Of a stretch of DNA of 64,000 nt, positions 51,938 to 64,000 are shown in pieces; position 1 is the first letter of the stretch; each line of letters opens with the position of its first letter. Source of the DNA: Bugula neritina (taxonomy: Eukaryota > Animalia > Bryozoa). The position numbers and the translations under genes were made by a program. The notes beneath the pieces are model-generated. The model searched no databases. It was not told the origin of the DNA and saw only the letters and a program-made list of their open reading frames with translations. The DNA is taken from the NCBI GenBank assembly GCA_964035545.1, contig OZ037767.1, positions 24,320,628 to 24,384,627 on the forward strand, in the 5' to 3' direction.

Positions 51938-54900
51938 ATGACGGAATTAAATAACAAAACTCATCACTATAAGTTGATATATTTTGATATTAGAGGGAGG
52001 GCTGAGCCAGCTAGGGCCATGTTTATCATGTCTCAGACAGATTTCAAAGACGAAAGAATAAAGTTTCAAGATTGGTCAACTCGGAAACTAGGTAAGCTTT
52101 GTATGCTAAAACAAACTTATTTTAAGGACACAAATTAATTAATAAGTGTAAGTATATATGTATATCACAAATTAATAAGTTATTTTTATAATTTATTTTT
52201 TACGAATCAGCCTATAAAGCTGCCTTGGATATAAGTATGAGTTATTTTTAAGAGTCATCAAGCACAAAAAAATTATTTACCCATCTCTTTTATAATCTAT
52301 ACTAGAAAGTCAAAAGTACATGTTTTAATATATAACCAGTGTACTTAAATTTTTAGAATAAAAATAAGTCAGTTTGTGAGAGTTTCATAAGTTTTTACAA
52401 AACTCCAATCCTGGTTTCAAAAGTGTTTTTACAGGTTGCTAGTCTTGTTTCATTGTGTTCTGCATTATTAAGGTGATCCAAACACTAACAGTTATAGACA
52501 AGTCCACAAATGCTCTATTTGTTACGTATGTAAGGTTGAAGAAGCCTCTAACAATGCTATGTTTCGTAGAATGTTACAAATTTGATGTAAGCTGGAAGTG
52601 TGAGAGATGTATGCTACTTTAGGGCTATTAAACCAATTTTATTTGCAGATCGTGATGTTTGCGTGACCGAAAAATTCCATTTTCACATGAAGTGCCTAGA
52701 GTAGCCTTTTATCTCGAAATTGCACTAAATTATGTAAGAGGTTGAACAATTACCAATGTATAGGCCTGCCCAACATTCATCACTATTTGTCAAGTTTTAT
52801 GCATATTAGATTTTGCTGGTTTAAAATAACCTTCCATAACCTTGGGTATACCTAATGACCTCCACTGTGCAATACATGAGCTGGTGTCAATGTTTTCTAC
52901 ATTATGTGAGGCACAATGTCATAAAATAGTTAAAATTGCCTCCCTTGTATCTAAACCCAGGTCTTTACAGACTGTGGTAGATATTATAAGGAGAAATAAA
53001 TTACTACTTGTATTATAGTGCATCTTTCAGTCATTTCAGATTTGACAGTATTTGGTATAAGTTTCAAGTGTGGGTCAACTTTGATTATTGAGATCTTGCA
53101 ATGCTGTACTAAAAACAGTAGTTTAAAACTCTCTTCTTATAAATTTGACTTTATTTTGAATTAAATAACATTTTATTTAATTTTAGAAACTCCGATGGGG
53201 TTACTTCCAATACTAGAGACAGAAGACGGTCAGCTTCTGCAGACGGTGCCAATTAATAACTTTCTTGCGGCTAGACTTGGTAACGTACTAGCTGTATAAT
53301 ATTACAATTGCCTACGTATTACTGTAAGATGATTTAGACTTGTGTTTAAGTCTAGAGTTACAGCTGCTTTTGTGTATTCTATATGAAACAGCTCATTGAT
53401 TGATCAAGTTTTAAAGTGTTTCGATTAGGTTGATGTAAGCTTACTAGTATTTTAGCTATAACATTTTAGAACAATTAGATGATGTAATAAACCTCTTAAA
53501 ACTTTACATGTCACGTGTTATTTGCAAGATGAAGGCTATTGAGATTGTACCTACAAATTTAATATAGCACTTTTGCTCTAATGACAGAGCATCCTAAAAT
53601 ATTTTGCAGAAAAGCTTCAGCGTAATGCTTTTTTTTATGTCTTGTATCATTTTCTTGACCGGCTTCTCATAAACCTAAACTGCCACACGAAAATATTCAA
53701 CTTATGGCCATTAGAAACTATGATAATTTTGTAACGGCCCCATTTTTCAGCTCTAAAATAAATTTACTAAGTTTTAGTCTGTTGAAGTTTTACACAAAAC
53801 CATTGCTATAAGTTCTGCTACTGTCAACTCTTTCAAATATACCACAGCTGAGTTTTCACTTTTATCCAACAAGTAAGCTGCAGCATTAGGCAAGGAGAAG
53901 CAGTGGGTGACTGGCCTTGACCTCCATATAAGTCATTTCCTATCCTTTGCACAGTAACAATAAGTCTTCAGTCTTTAGTGTAGATCCTTTTGCTCAGCTG
54001 ATTTACATGTCACGTGTTTAGTTACACAACAATTAAAAATTGGGTTGCCATTTTTCTTTTGAACCTTACCAAAAGTGCCACCAACTACATGCAACAAGTG
54101 TTTGGCTATCAGCCAGGTATGGGCCTACTTGCTAAGCTGAATAGACAATATCCTGAAATGTCCGTCTTTACAAAAGGGCATTTGTACTTCATGTGCAATT
54201 CATGCTCTGAACTTATTCATTGGCCTCAAAGATCTACATCTTAAAAATATATAGCTGTAATATTATTTATTTACTTAGCAGCACACTGGTATAACAGTTA
54301 TAAGACAAGTAAATTTAGTCATTAAAATTAGATGAACATGTGATACAAAAATTAAAACCCACACACATAGTTGAATTGGATATTAGCTAATTTTGATTTG
54401 CATTTTATATAATAGTACATTACATACCCAACACTGACTTATATTATAGATATTATATAGATATGAATTATACATAATGTTGAAGTGGATTTTGGTCAGC
54501 CATTGCATTATATAATATGAATTACCACTGCTGGTATGATAAATCACCAGAACATTTCCCAAGCAGTAAGCAAACGACAGACTCTCACTCAGAATGGTTG
54601 TATTGTTCTTTAACTAATAACAGAACCACCACTCTTGCCTTCAAGACTTGGGTAACCTTTAGACAGTAGCAATGAATGACATATAAATCAGATTTGGACA
54701 GATATATCTGGTGTTTCAGCGACTGGAAATTGTAGAATATTCAAGTGCTTGCACTGAAATAAAATTGATGAAAAGTTAAGGATTGTCCTAAAATATGAAT
54801 TGAACTGTTGTGAATATTTTTATCTGTGGTCATGGAAAGTTTCAATCAGAGCTAAAACTATTTGCACCATAATAGTGCAATAAACTACAATGCAATACAA

Positions 54901-57900
54901 TAGCCTACAATACAACACATTACAACGCACTGAAATATCATTGAATGCAGTATAATACTATATAGCATAGCAATATAGTGTAGTATAGCACTGTATCCTA
55001 TAATATAATAATATGATGATATGATAACATAATATAATACAATATAATTTAATATGACATAATATGATATATGATAAAAATGATGTATATTTAAGATAGC
55101 GTTATAAAAATTATATATAAGAAAGCAAATAGTGAAGTAAGTTGAATATAATATATACTTTGTTTGCTATTGAGCCAGTAATAGAGAACAAGGAAAAGGG
55201 TTCAAATTTTCTCACCAATTTTTCAAGCTCTCCCATTTATTCACTTATAGTCTAAAGTTTATCATCATCTTACTTACATTTGATTCCTAGAAACCACTTT
55301 GCTAATATACCAGCTCTACGTGGAAATGTCAACAACTTTCCATGTATTTCCACTAATTTGCCTGGTTTATTTCGAACAAAAACACATTTTTTCACCAAAT
55401 TTATTTCTAAGTACTTTTTTTCCAATACATACTTTCCAAGAAAATGTGGCATACTATATAATTTCAGCTAAGTTACATACATTTACATCCAGAAACAATG
55501 AATTACTCTTAGAATGTGCAATGTTTACTGTAGCAAGTATACATTTTAATGTGTCATTTACATAATTTCTTATGATGTGATAGAGTCAAAGGTTTATGCT
55601 AATTATTCTTTCATTAACCTCTGCCCTCAAGGTCAAACTATGCAGTATAAGAAGAATTTCTAAAGCTGAAATCATTTTTTTTTAAATCTATTGAACCAGG
55701 ATATAGCAAGAGGCAGCAAGCTAATGCTGCATCCTGAACACTTGTACAGCGTAAAGGGAAACAGGCTTTTCTCAGAACTTAGAATGGAATGTTAGCTTGA
55801 AAAGTCGTATAGCAACTTCAATCAAACAAGCAGTCTGCAAAGTATATTTACTGTATTGAGTTAAATTGCATTTAAGAATGTTGCAACTACCCATGATGCA
55901 ATCACTGCATAGTTAACTTTTTTCTTAGAATATACTATTTGAAGCATTACAACTGTAACAAGCAATAACTTAGTTTTTTAAAGCCTATGTATTCCATACA
56001 AGCACAACTTTATTTGATGTAGGTACTTCCCAATATCTTTTATTATTTACAGGATTCCCATTCATGATAGAATTAATATTTGTTAGCTTTTTAGTTGAAA
56101 TCATTCTGTTTAACATTCAAACCCTCAACCTATTTGATATTACATTTAAAAGAATATGTAGTGTTGAATTCACCCAGCAGCCCCTGTGGTGTAATTGGTT
56201 AGCGCACTTGCTTGCAAGCCGGAGGTCTGTGGCTCAAATCCCGGTATCACAGCACGGGTAAAAATTTCTTTCAACTAAGAAGGTCTTATGGCACATTTTT
56301 ACTCTCGCCTTGTTTTAGCTAAAAAGTATAGCAGACTTTAATGTTAAAGCTATTTTTTGCTAAAAAAGCTTAGTTAAAAAAATACACTTTATGATGCCTT
56401 ATTAAATGTGAATATGTAATATTTAATTAAATTTAATTAAAAAACAAAGTTTTTTAAAAGACTTATGTAGTATAGCATTGATGGTATTTTATGTTAACTC
56501 CATGTTGTATTGTATTTTTTATCAACTTAATATAGTTTTTACTGTAAGAGATGCTTATGTGTTTGGTTCTGTATTTGTTGACCATTGTAAACTTTAGCCA
56601 ATAGGAAATCATGTTTTATGATTTGACGGAAATCTTTTAACTGTAGTTATATATTATGCAGTGCCCGGCTTCTACAAACTCATTTAATTTTAGTTTCATA
56701 TTGAATATGGCTTGATTTATTTAAACTCATTATGAAGCCTGTGGTGTTGCACCGCCTCCTCCCTGCCCCCAACTCGCTATTATATGTTGTATTTGCAGGA
56801 TTTTTACCACAAGATGAATGGGATAAATGTCAAAGTGACTCTCTATTAATCCATGCTAACGAACTTTATGAAATACTTGGACGCAGAGTATATATCTATT
56901 TATTTTACAGGGTAACCATTTTAAACAAGCAAATAGTAAATATTTTATCGGTAATTTACTCAAAAATCTAAATGCCACTTTTTCTATATTTTAGCATTTG
57001 GTAATTCGTTTTAAGCTAGACCGGTCACCTTGGCAAGGTGCTAGCTTAAGCATTTAAAGTTTATGGTAGAATACAGAACTAATAAATAATCTAACGTATT
57101 AAAAATTAATAGGTAATTAAAACTCCAACAAAATAGTTCGTGAAAGTAGTTGGGAAAAATGACAAACTTTGCTCAAACTGGGCAAATGTACAACCAATTT
57201 TTTTGTTTTATAGTTGTTTTGTGCTCCTGTGTTGAACATTGTAATATATTTCGTAAAATTTACTAGATATATATATACATACATACGAACATACGTATAT
57301 ACGTACATACATACATATATATCAGTATAAACAATTTGATAATATTATTATCTAGAAAAGTGAAGTGCCGAATGACATAATAGATGTTGAAAAAGAGGCC
57401 AAGTATAAAATCATGCAGTACTTCACTCTAATGACTAGTATGGCCAGACCAGGATGTAGATTTCTTTTCGGAGAAAAGGTGAGAATTTATAAACAGGTTG
57501 ATAAATTATATGCCAAAAATGACCTATCCCAATGCCACATATTCCCTTCACAACAACCATATAGGAACAATGCCAATTTAAGGTGGCATACTCAATGAGC
57601 TAGTGTCAAATTACAAATTGAAGTGTTCATTCATTAAAGTTTAATAGATTAATTTATGCCGTAATACTATATAAAAAGCAAAAAAATAATACTGCTGAAA
57701 GTTTTTCCCATTTTTCACTCTACTGAGCAAAAATACATAAATTGGTTTTAAAAAAATAAAACTATCTTGGAGAAGGTGTTCACTATAGGTTAAAGTTCAA
57801 AAAATGAAATTTATCTGTGAAATATGAGTACTGTGAAACACTGTTGAACACTGTTGAACACTGTTGAACACTGTTAACCACACTGTTAATCACACTGTTA

Positions 57901-58527
57901 ACCGCTGTTAACACTGTTGAACTCGTTGAACAATTGACCTAGGTTTGTAAATTTACAGTTAATGCAGTCATGTCACAGGCAAAATATACTAATGTTACAA
58001 AACTGATAGCTTTATAATGAAAAAGTTATGGATTACAGTCACAAAAAATAGCTAGTGGTTTCAAGTCATTATAAATGTACAAACATGCATGAAAATTGTG
58101 GCATTGCACAATGACAAATATTTCTGCATATACAATTTTATATGGAGGTGTAACTGCAAAAAATAAATATTTTTCATATTGTACAAGCAATGCCAAACCA
58201 CTTGATTATGGTTGTAATTTTTTCAGGCATGTATGTTTTATCAACAACTTCTATTGCAAAAACTGGTAATGAAAACTCTTTTTAAAAAATCTACATAAAA
58301 TTAAATCAAACAGAAAGTAGATGTTAGCTATCACTATATAAAGTTTACCATTTTAGATTACTGTTGCTGATATTGTGCTCTACTGTACAGTGGAGTACTG
58401 CTGTGTAAGATATCCTGAAACTAGAACTTTCAACTCGTGGCTTGTTGATTGGCTGAAACATATGGAGCAAGATGAACTCTTCTGCAAGTACCTCAAAAGC
58501 AGATCTGGAACTTGCAATGGTACTTGA
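51938..58527 (+). CDS. Glutathione S-transferase, sigma-class-like, 217 aa
   Basis: Exons 51938-52091, 53187-53279, 56799-56911, 57356-57478, 58357-58527. Motifs YKLIYFDIRGRAEPAR, FKDERI..QDW, TPMGLLPILE, QTVPINNFLA, FLFGEK|ITVADI, KYLKSR. Confidence 0.93.
56180..56260 (+). mobile_element. tRNA-derived SINE head or tRNA pseudogene in GST intron 2
   Basis: A-box TGGTGTAATTGG, a TGC-centred loop and B-box-like GGCTCAAATCCC. The acceptor and anticodon stems do not pair, so it is not a functional tRNA. Confidence 0.65.
57835..57932. repeat. 10-bp tandem repeat (ACACTGTTGA)n
   Basis: Visible directly in GST intron 4. Confidence 0.85.
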
Positions 58528-61091
58528 CAAGAATACACTGAAGGCCGTTCACCTAGTGATGAAAAGAGAGTAACTTAATTTTGAGTAAAAAGCTACTCCA
58601 AAGATATGCTCTTTTAAACAAAAATTTTATTTAGCTCGAATTCATTTTTGCTAAAAGTTAAGCCTTGAATAACTTTATGCTATCACAGAGTAGCATAAGA
58701 AGTTTGAATGAAAAATTGATTGCTAATGCGAGTAAAATTACCCATAATATATGCTTGGATATAATAACGCATGTAGCAAAAACTCAGCATACATACTTTG
58801 TATAGCTTATGATTTACTGATGTATGCCACTGTAAATATGGCACTATTTTTGAGAGCGCAATGACTCTACAAACATATTTGGTAGATGACTCAGTTTTTT
58901 TCTATAAAATCTTATATACCTTCTATGACAATCATTTATTTGAAAAAAGAGGAAGCGCAGTGACATTTTTTAACAGGTGACAGTTATAGTAAACGCTGTA
59001 TCTACAGCTGACACTGGCACACTGTTCAGTGACATCTGATTTGACAGACATGCGCAGGTGTTGATTTGTCTTTTTATAAGAGATAGTTTTGGCTGAGATA
59101 AAAGTTGTCATTTTGTATTTATATTTTGTTGTTTATGACCAACACTCATCTTAAAACACTGACTAGACTTGTGACGCAAAACTATGTAGTTATATTCTAG
59201 TTATTTCATGACCGACTTTGAAATATACATATTTTATGCCGCCAGTTAACATTTTTTATGAATAAATTTATCACTGTTGCCTAGATCTGCTTTGACTGAA
59301 ATAATACATGTACATATCATTGTTACATAATTTTAAAGCTATAATGTAGTGGTGGAAAGGGTAATGAAAAACAAAAAAGCTACAAACTTGAGCAAATCGC
59401 AAAAAATAATAAAATATTGCACGATATTGTATTTGTTAGCAATTTTAAATGAAATACATACAGGCTATACAATACTACTTAGATATAACTTTATAAAAAG
59501 GTATATAATATGTAAGTGAAGCTGTTGAAGAAAAGACCAGTAGCCTATCATTATCAATTACATGATATTATATGAGAGAGACTGCTATGCAAATTAACAA
59601 TATTGGGTCACAACTTCTGAGTTCCCTTAAAAACTGATGACCAGTATAGCTAATTACAGATGATAACTTAATGTATGAAGTAATCACATAATTTAAATAT
59701 GATTGAATTGAGCTTCATCATCGTTTGGTAAATCTATTTGTTGTTTAATTTACTGGGCAAGAATTTGCACAAGAAAAATTGTTGCATGTATAGTCTATTT
59801 TCTATCAATATTCATAAAAATAATATAACAAAACCTCCTAAATATAGTTGCAAGCAAAAGAATGTGAAGCGATTGCCTTTACAGGATAATTAGTTGAAAT
59901 ATTTACTAACTCAGTATTTTTAAGAGTTGTGACTTGTTTATTTTCACATATATTCTATATAAAAGTTTCAACTTTTTATTAAATTGAGCTTTTAAGTAAG
60001 CCATAGTCTTTGTTACACAATTATTTGTATATATGCCCAAATATACACAATAATATTATATTCCTTATAAATGATGGTGGTATATAAAATATAATTTAAG
60101 CTTTTTGGTGGTTTTTATGAATCTATGTCTAAATGCACAAAATCAATTTGTAACCTAAATTATTTTTTGCAATATTTTAATATTAATTATTTACAGTGTT
60201 TTATATATCCTAATATTCTCAGCTTAACTTTAATTTTGTATGTAGAAAGTTTTTTCCTATATGATTAAAGGACAACATATTACATAGCTGAAGACTTGCA
60301 GTAATAGTTCTTTCATAATTGTAAGTTTTACTTTTTGTGTTGATCTCACTCTGTGTACAAAAGTTGAGCAGATTTCCCTGTGGGTCAGTCATCCTCGTCC
60401 CTGTCATCTGCTTCGTGTTTTCTGTAATGAAATGATGCACTATTTGATAAAAGGAAAAACCTAGTGTTACACAGTTTTAAAAAATACACCTAGTGGTTTT
60501 TTAATTGAAAGCATTAAAATTTTGTTTAAACACTATGATAAGAATTTATTTACTAAGTCTAGGTGTGTTTTTCCCTTTGAGATTTCCAGCAAAAAAGTTA
60601 ATTTGGCTGAGTGGACATTTAAATTAGTTGTCTTGCATGGCAAAAGCCAGTTGTCAAAACTGTTGTTGTAGTTTTATGCACTACTAGAGTGGGTATATTA
60701 TTGCACGTATAAATTACTGCTGCATGGCTTGCTGAGGTTGCGAGAGAAACCGAAGTAGTTGATGCTGTTTGTAGAATATATATATTTCAGGCTAATTAGA
60801 TATAAACCTAGTCATCAAATAATTACAAGAGAATAGGCACATATAGAACAGCTACACATTATTATCCTAGTCTACATGACAGTTATCCTTCAACTAAGGC
60901 TGGGCACCAGTTCAAGCTGTTTATATCCAGAAGGCTGATGCTGATTGGTAAATGGAAGGTTCCGGCGGTGTCACCGCAGGGAGGGACGCGGTGGGCATAG
61001 GACTGCGGCATCGCTAACGGAGTTGTAGTCCCTTTATAATATTTTATAATACTTTATAATAATATAATACATTGCCACCGCTCTCATGTAA

Positions 61092-61435
61092 GCCTAGGGC
61101 CACACGGTGCGTATTTTCGCATGCGAAAATTGAAATCACAAGTAGCAAAGGCGTCCACTGTAGCGTCAGTGATGCGTGATAAATAAAGCTTTCATTTTTA
61201 AATCGCACTCGCTTTCAATAAAACGCAATTTACTAGAATGTAGCACTAAAATAAAGAAATTGGGCTCGCTGAATAACTACCAGCCAATTAGGTGACGACG
61301 ACAGAGACGATTCGCACTTGCGTTGAAAATGCAGAGCGACAAGTGCGAATGTTTTTTCAACGCGCACAGTGGACACCTTTGCTACTTGTGATTTCAATTT
61401 TCGCATTCGAAAACACGCATCGTGTGGCCCTAGGC
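61092..61435. mobile_element. PIF/Harbinger-type MITE, 344 bp
   Basis: ~70-bp TIRs GCCTAGGGCCACACG...TCCACTGT / ACAGTGGA...CGTGTGGCCCTAGGC, with a TAA TSD on both sides (61089-91, 61436-38). Confidence 0.9.
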
Positions 61436-62571
61436 TAAGTACTTATGTAGGGGGTATTGAAGGGTATACTTCCCACAGCCATTACACTGTCTTGTGATCA
61501 TTCGTGCGAGCACAGAATCCGTTCAAAGAGAATTATTAATCCTTTTAACTATAATCGGCGTTCTATCATCATTTTGTTGATTAAATGACACCAGTGTGAT
61601 TTATTAATCCTTTGAATAACACAAAATTAATTTTAAAATGAGCTTCAGCGATCTAAACAAATGCAATAGATTTTATAAAAATTATTTACCGTTAATATCA
61701 TCGCTTTTTATCAATTGACTCTACGAACGCATTACCTTTTAAAAGGGCGTAAAGCATCGATTAGGCGAGTCACGTATTAACATTAGAAAGAAATATTTCA
61801 CATCAATATGAATAATATTAATGAGTTTAATCAAGTCAACAGGTGCTGGCAGATTAAAGGTGACAGAAACTCGGTAGACTACTTTTTTTCTAAAAAAGGT
61901 ATAAAGGCACTCTTAACCATTACCTCATAGAGTGACTCTATCTCCAATTGTGTCTGTAGAAGTCAACTAATATTATTTCTTAGTTGTTTACTTGGTAGAA
62001 GCTTCCATTAGTCTTAGAGTTTAGACTTAGCGCTTGAGAATGAGCAGACAACTGTCAACTGATGCAAGTAATTAAAGTATGCTAATATATTTATTAGTGT
62101 TTATAATAATAGAACTACTCTACACGCAACAAGCTACAGCATAATATATATAAATCTATTATATCCTTTATATATTACGTTGTTCTAAAAATTATTAAGA
62201 TAGTTTAATCATAATGTAGTGATATTGCAAAAGCCCTTGCTGGCTTGCATTTAGTGTTACATTATGTCACTACCTATTTCAATTTGTCCCATTATATAAG
62301 TTTAGTATTTATATTATACAACAGTAACAACTAAAAACATTTACTGAAGTTTAACAATATTTAATCAACAGTTTTTACAGGCTACAAGTACAACTATAAT
62401 CATCAAAAGTTGTCTATAGGGCAACAGCTTGTTGAAAGATGAAACTCAGTGCATATAGGCTATCAAATTTCAGCAGATAGTGGAGTTGGTGTTGCAATGC
62501 AAATAATAATATTATACAGGTGAGCTAGGTACATACAATCAGATAAATACTGCAGTAGTAGTCTAGTAGCA

Positions 62572-63220
62572 ATGGCTGCACCTCAATATAAACTGACTTA
62601 CTTTGATGTGAGGGGGAGAGGCGAGGCGGCCCGACTGATGTTTGCTTTAGCTAAGCAGGACTTTGAAGATCAGAGGATACAAGGGGGAGACTGGGCGACT
62701 GTGAAATCAAGTAAGTTTTTATTTGATTTCTAAAAAGGCTTGATCTGAACTAGAATATTCTCATTAGTTTGCTTTTTGCATTGCAAAATCATGGCTGATA
62801 TTCACTAGCCTATATTAGACAGCTAAAGGAGATGTAAGCTTTACACATCCTGCTGGTCCATAATGATAATTGCTTAATTGATAACCTGAAGAGTTCAACT
62901 CAAACTAAATATTAAAGTCAATGAACATGTAAAGAAAGCTAAATGTTTTGATACAAGTTTTACTGAAATTATTTTGCATTTTCATACTTTACTACTTGCA
63001 CTAGTTGTACAGAAACTATTTCTCTCTGTTTATTTTGTCAGTATAAAATTTAGCCATTAAAGTTTTCATTAAATTAAGTATATGCCAACTTAACTAGTCA
63101 CTGTGTTGATATTCTGGTTACTTGCAGCTACACCCCAAGGATTTCTACCAGTATTGGAGACAAACGAAGGCAAGATTAGTCAAACCACAGCAATCAACAC
63201 CTACATAGCAGAGAAGTTTG
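62572..63220 (+). CDS. Second sigma-class-like glutathione S-transferase, 3' partial (continues beyond the window)
   Basis: Exons 62572-62710 and 63128-63220: MAAPQYKLTYFDVRGRGEAARLMFALAKQDFEDQRIQGGDWATVKSTTPQGFLPVLETNEGKISQTTAINTYIAEKFG. Intron positions match the upstream GST. Confidence 0.93.
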
Positions 63221-64000
63221 GTAAGCTTGAGCTAAGTACTGTTGTAAAAAATTTCTGGTAAACCATTACTCTATATTACCTATTAGCTTACATACATTGA
63301 AATTTATTAATAATTTAGTGATGGCAGTTAGGCTCTTGCTTGACAACTCATTAATCATATGTTATAACATAGTAGCTTTACACTGAAGCGAATAATAAGC
63401 GATGCATTTTTCTGGAGGTATAAGTGACAAATTGTAGCTCTAACAAATAATTGCAATGTAAGGAGTTGTTTGCTTGTGTGATGATGCAATCCTGCTTCAC
63501 TCAAACTATGAAAATAACATGGCCAATCCAAGCAAAAATCTCCATAGTTATCTAAATAAATAAGGTAAATGTATATTTCGATACCCTTGTATCCATCTTC
63601 AGAGTTTGAGGATTTATACAATATGGCATCTGAATATATAAGTTTATTTATTTATTTAGATAAATCAAGTAGTAAACAAAAACTGTTTTTCATTTATTTA
63701 TTGTTTAATAAAGTTATCAGCCTGTAAGGATATATTTAAAATATGTTTATATAGAACACAGAGTTTTCTAAGTTTATCCATTATACACCTATACCTCGCT
63801 CTGTGGCAGGTTTTAAATTGCTACTGGGTTACCGAAATAGAAACCTATGCTCATTCATGCATATGGTATAAAATAAGATACTAGTTTACCATTATAAAGA
63901 TTTGCTTATGAGTACAAAATACAAAACAGCTTTTAGAAAAGTTGTTGACTGCTTACATGCATATACATTTTTAGCTTTCTTGCTCTCAGTTTCATGCTCT

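Noticed and set aside
56180-56255. Functional tRNA-Ala(TGC)
   Set aside because: The acceptor and anticodon stems do not pair and the B-box is mutated; treated as SINE or pseudogene.
58227-58300. Alternative last GST exon after TTTTCAG at 58226
   Set aside because: It lacks the T.AD N-capping motif; the exon at 58357 (ITVADI) fits the fold.
60930-61032. HDV-like or hammerhead ribozyme
   Set aside because: A P1-like helix exists (GCCGCAG/CTGCGGT on the minus strand), but P2, P3 and P1.1 cannot be formed, and there is no CUGANGA...GAAA core.

Overview
AT-rich, intron-rich eukaryotic DNA, most likely from an invertebrate metazoan. I assembled the exons by hand using GT/AG phase matching; most ORF-track entries are exon fragments or repeat artefacts. 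Six protein-coding genes were found. (1) A 5'-truncated MET/RON-like receptor tyrosine kinase (+, 2-13501) whose ectodomain reads NHL-like propeller, Sushi, 3x IPT instead of Sema-PSI-IPT. (2) A 4-exon FABP (+, 29240-31938). (3) A 3-exon, 109-aa secreted agatoxin-like 8-Cys knottin prepropeptide (+, 33688-35076) that is absent from the ORF track. (4) A CEP85/CEP85L orthologue with 15 coding exons (-, 36383-49561). (5, 6) Two tandem sigma-like GSTs (+, 51938-58527, and 62572 to beyond the window). Between the RTK and the FABP lies an unexplained ~3 kb unit in three tandem copies with a conserved, exon-like core. It is interrupted by a MITE and by a hAT (Buster/Charlie-type) element that carries a nested MITE. 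Other elements are a Harbinger-type MITE, a tRNA-derived SINE-like head, and many different minisatellites sitting at or near splice sites. No database searches were possible, so family calls rest on recalled motifs.
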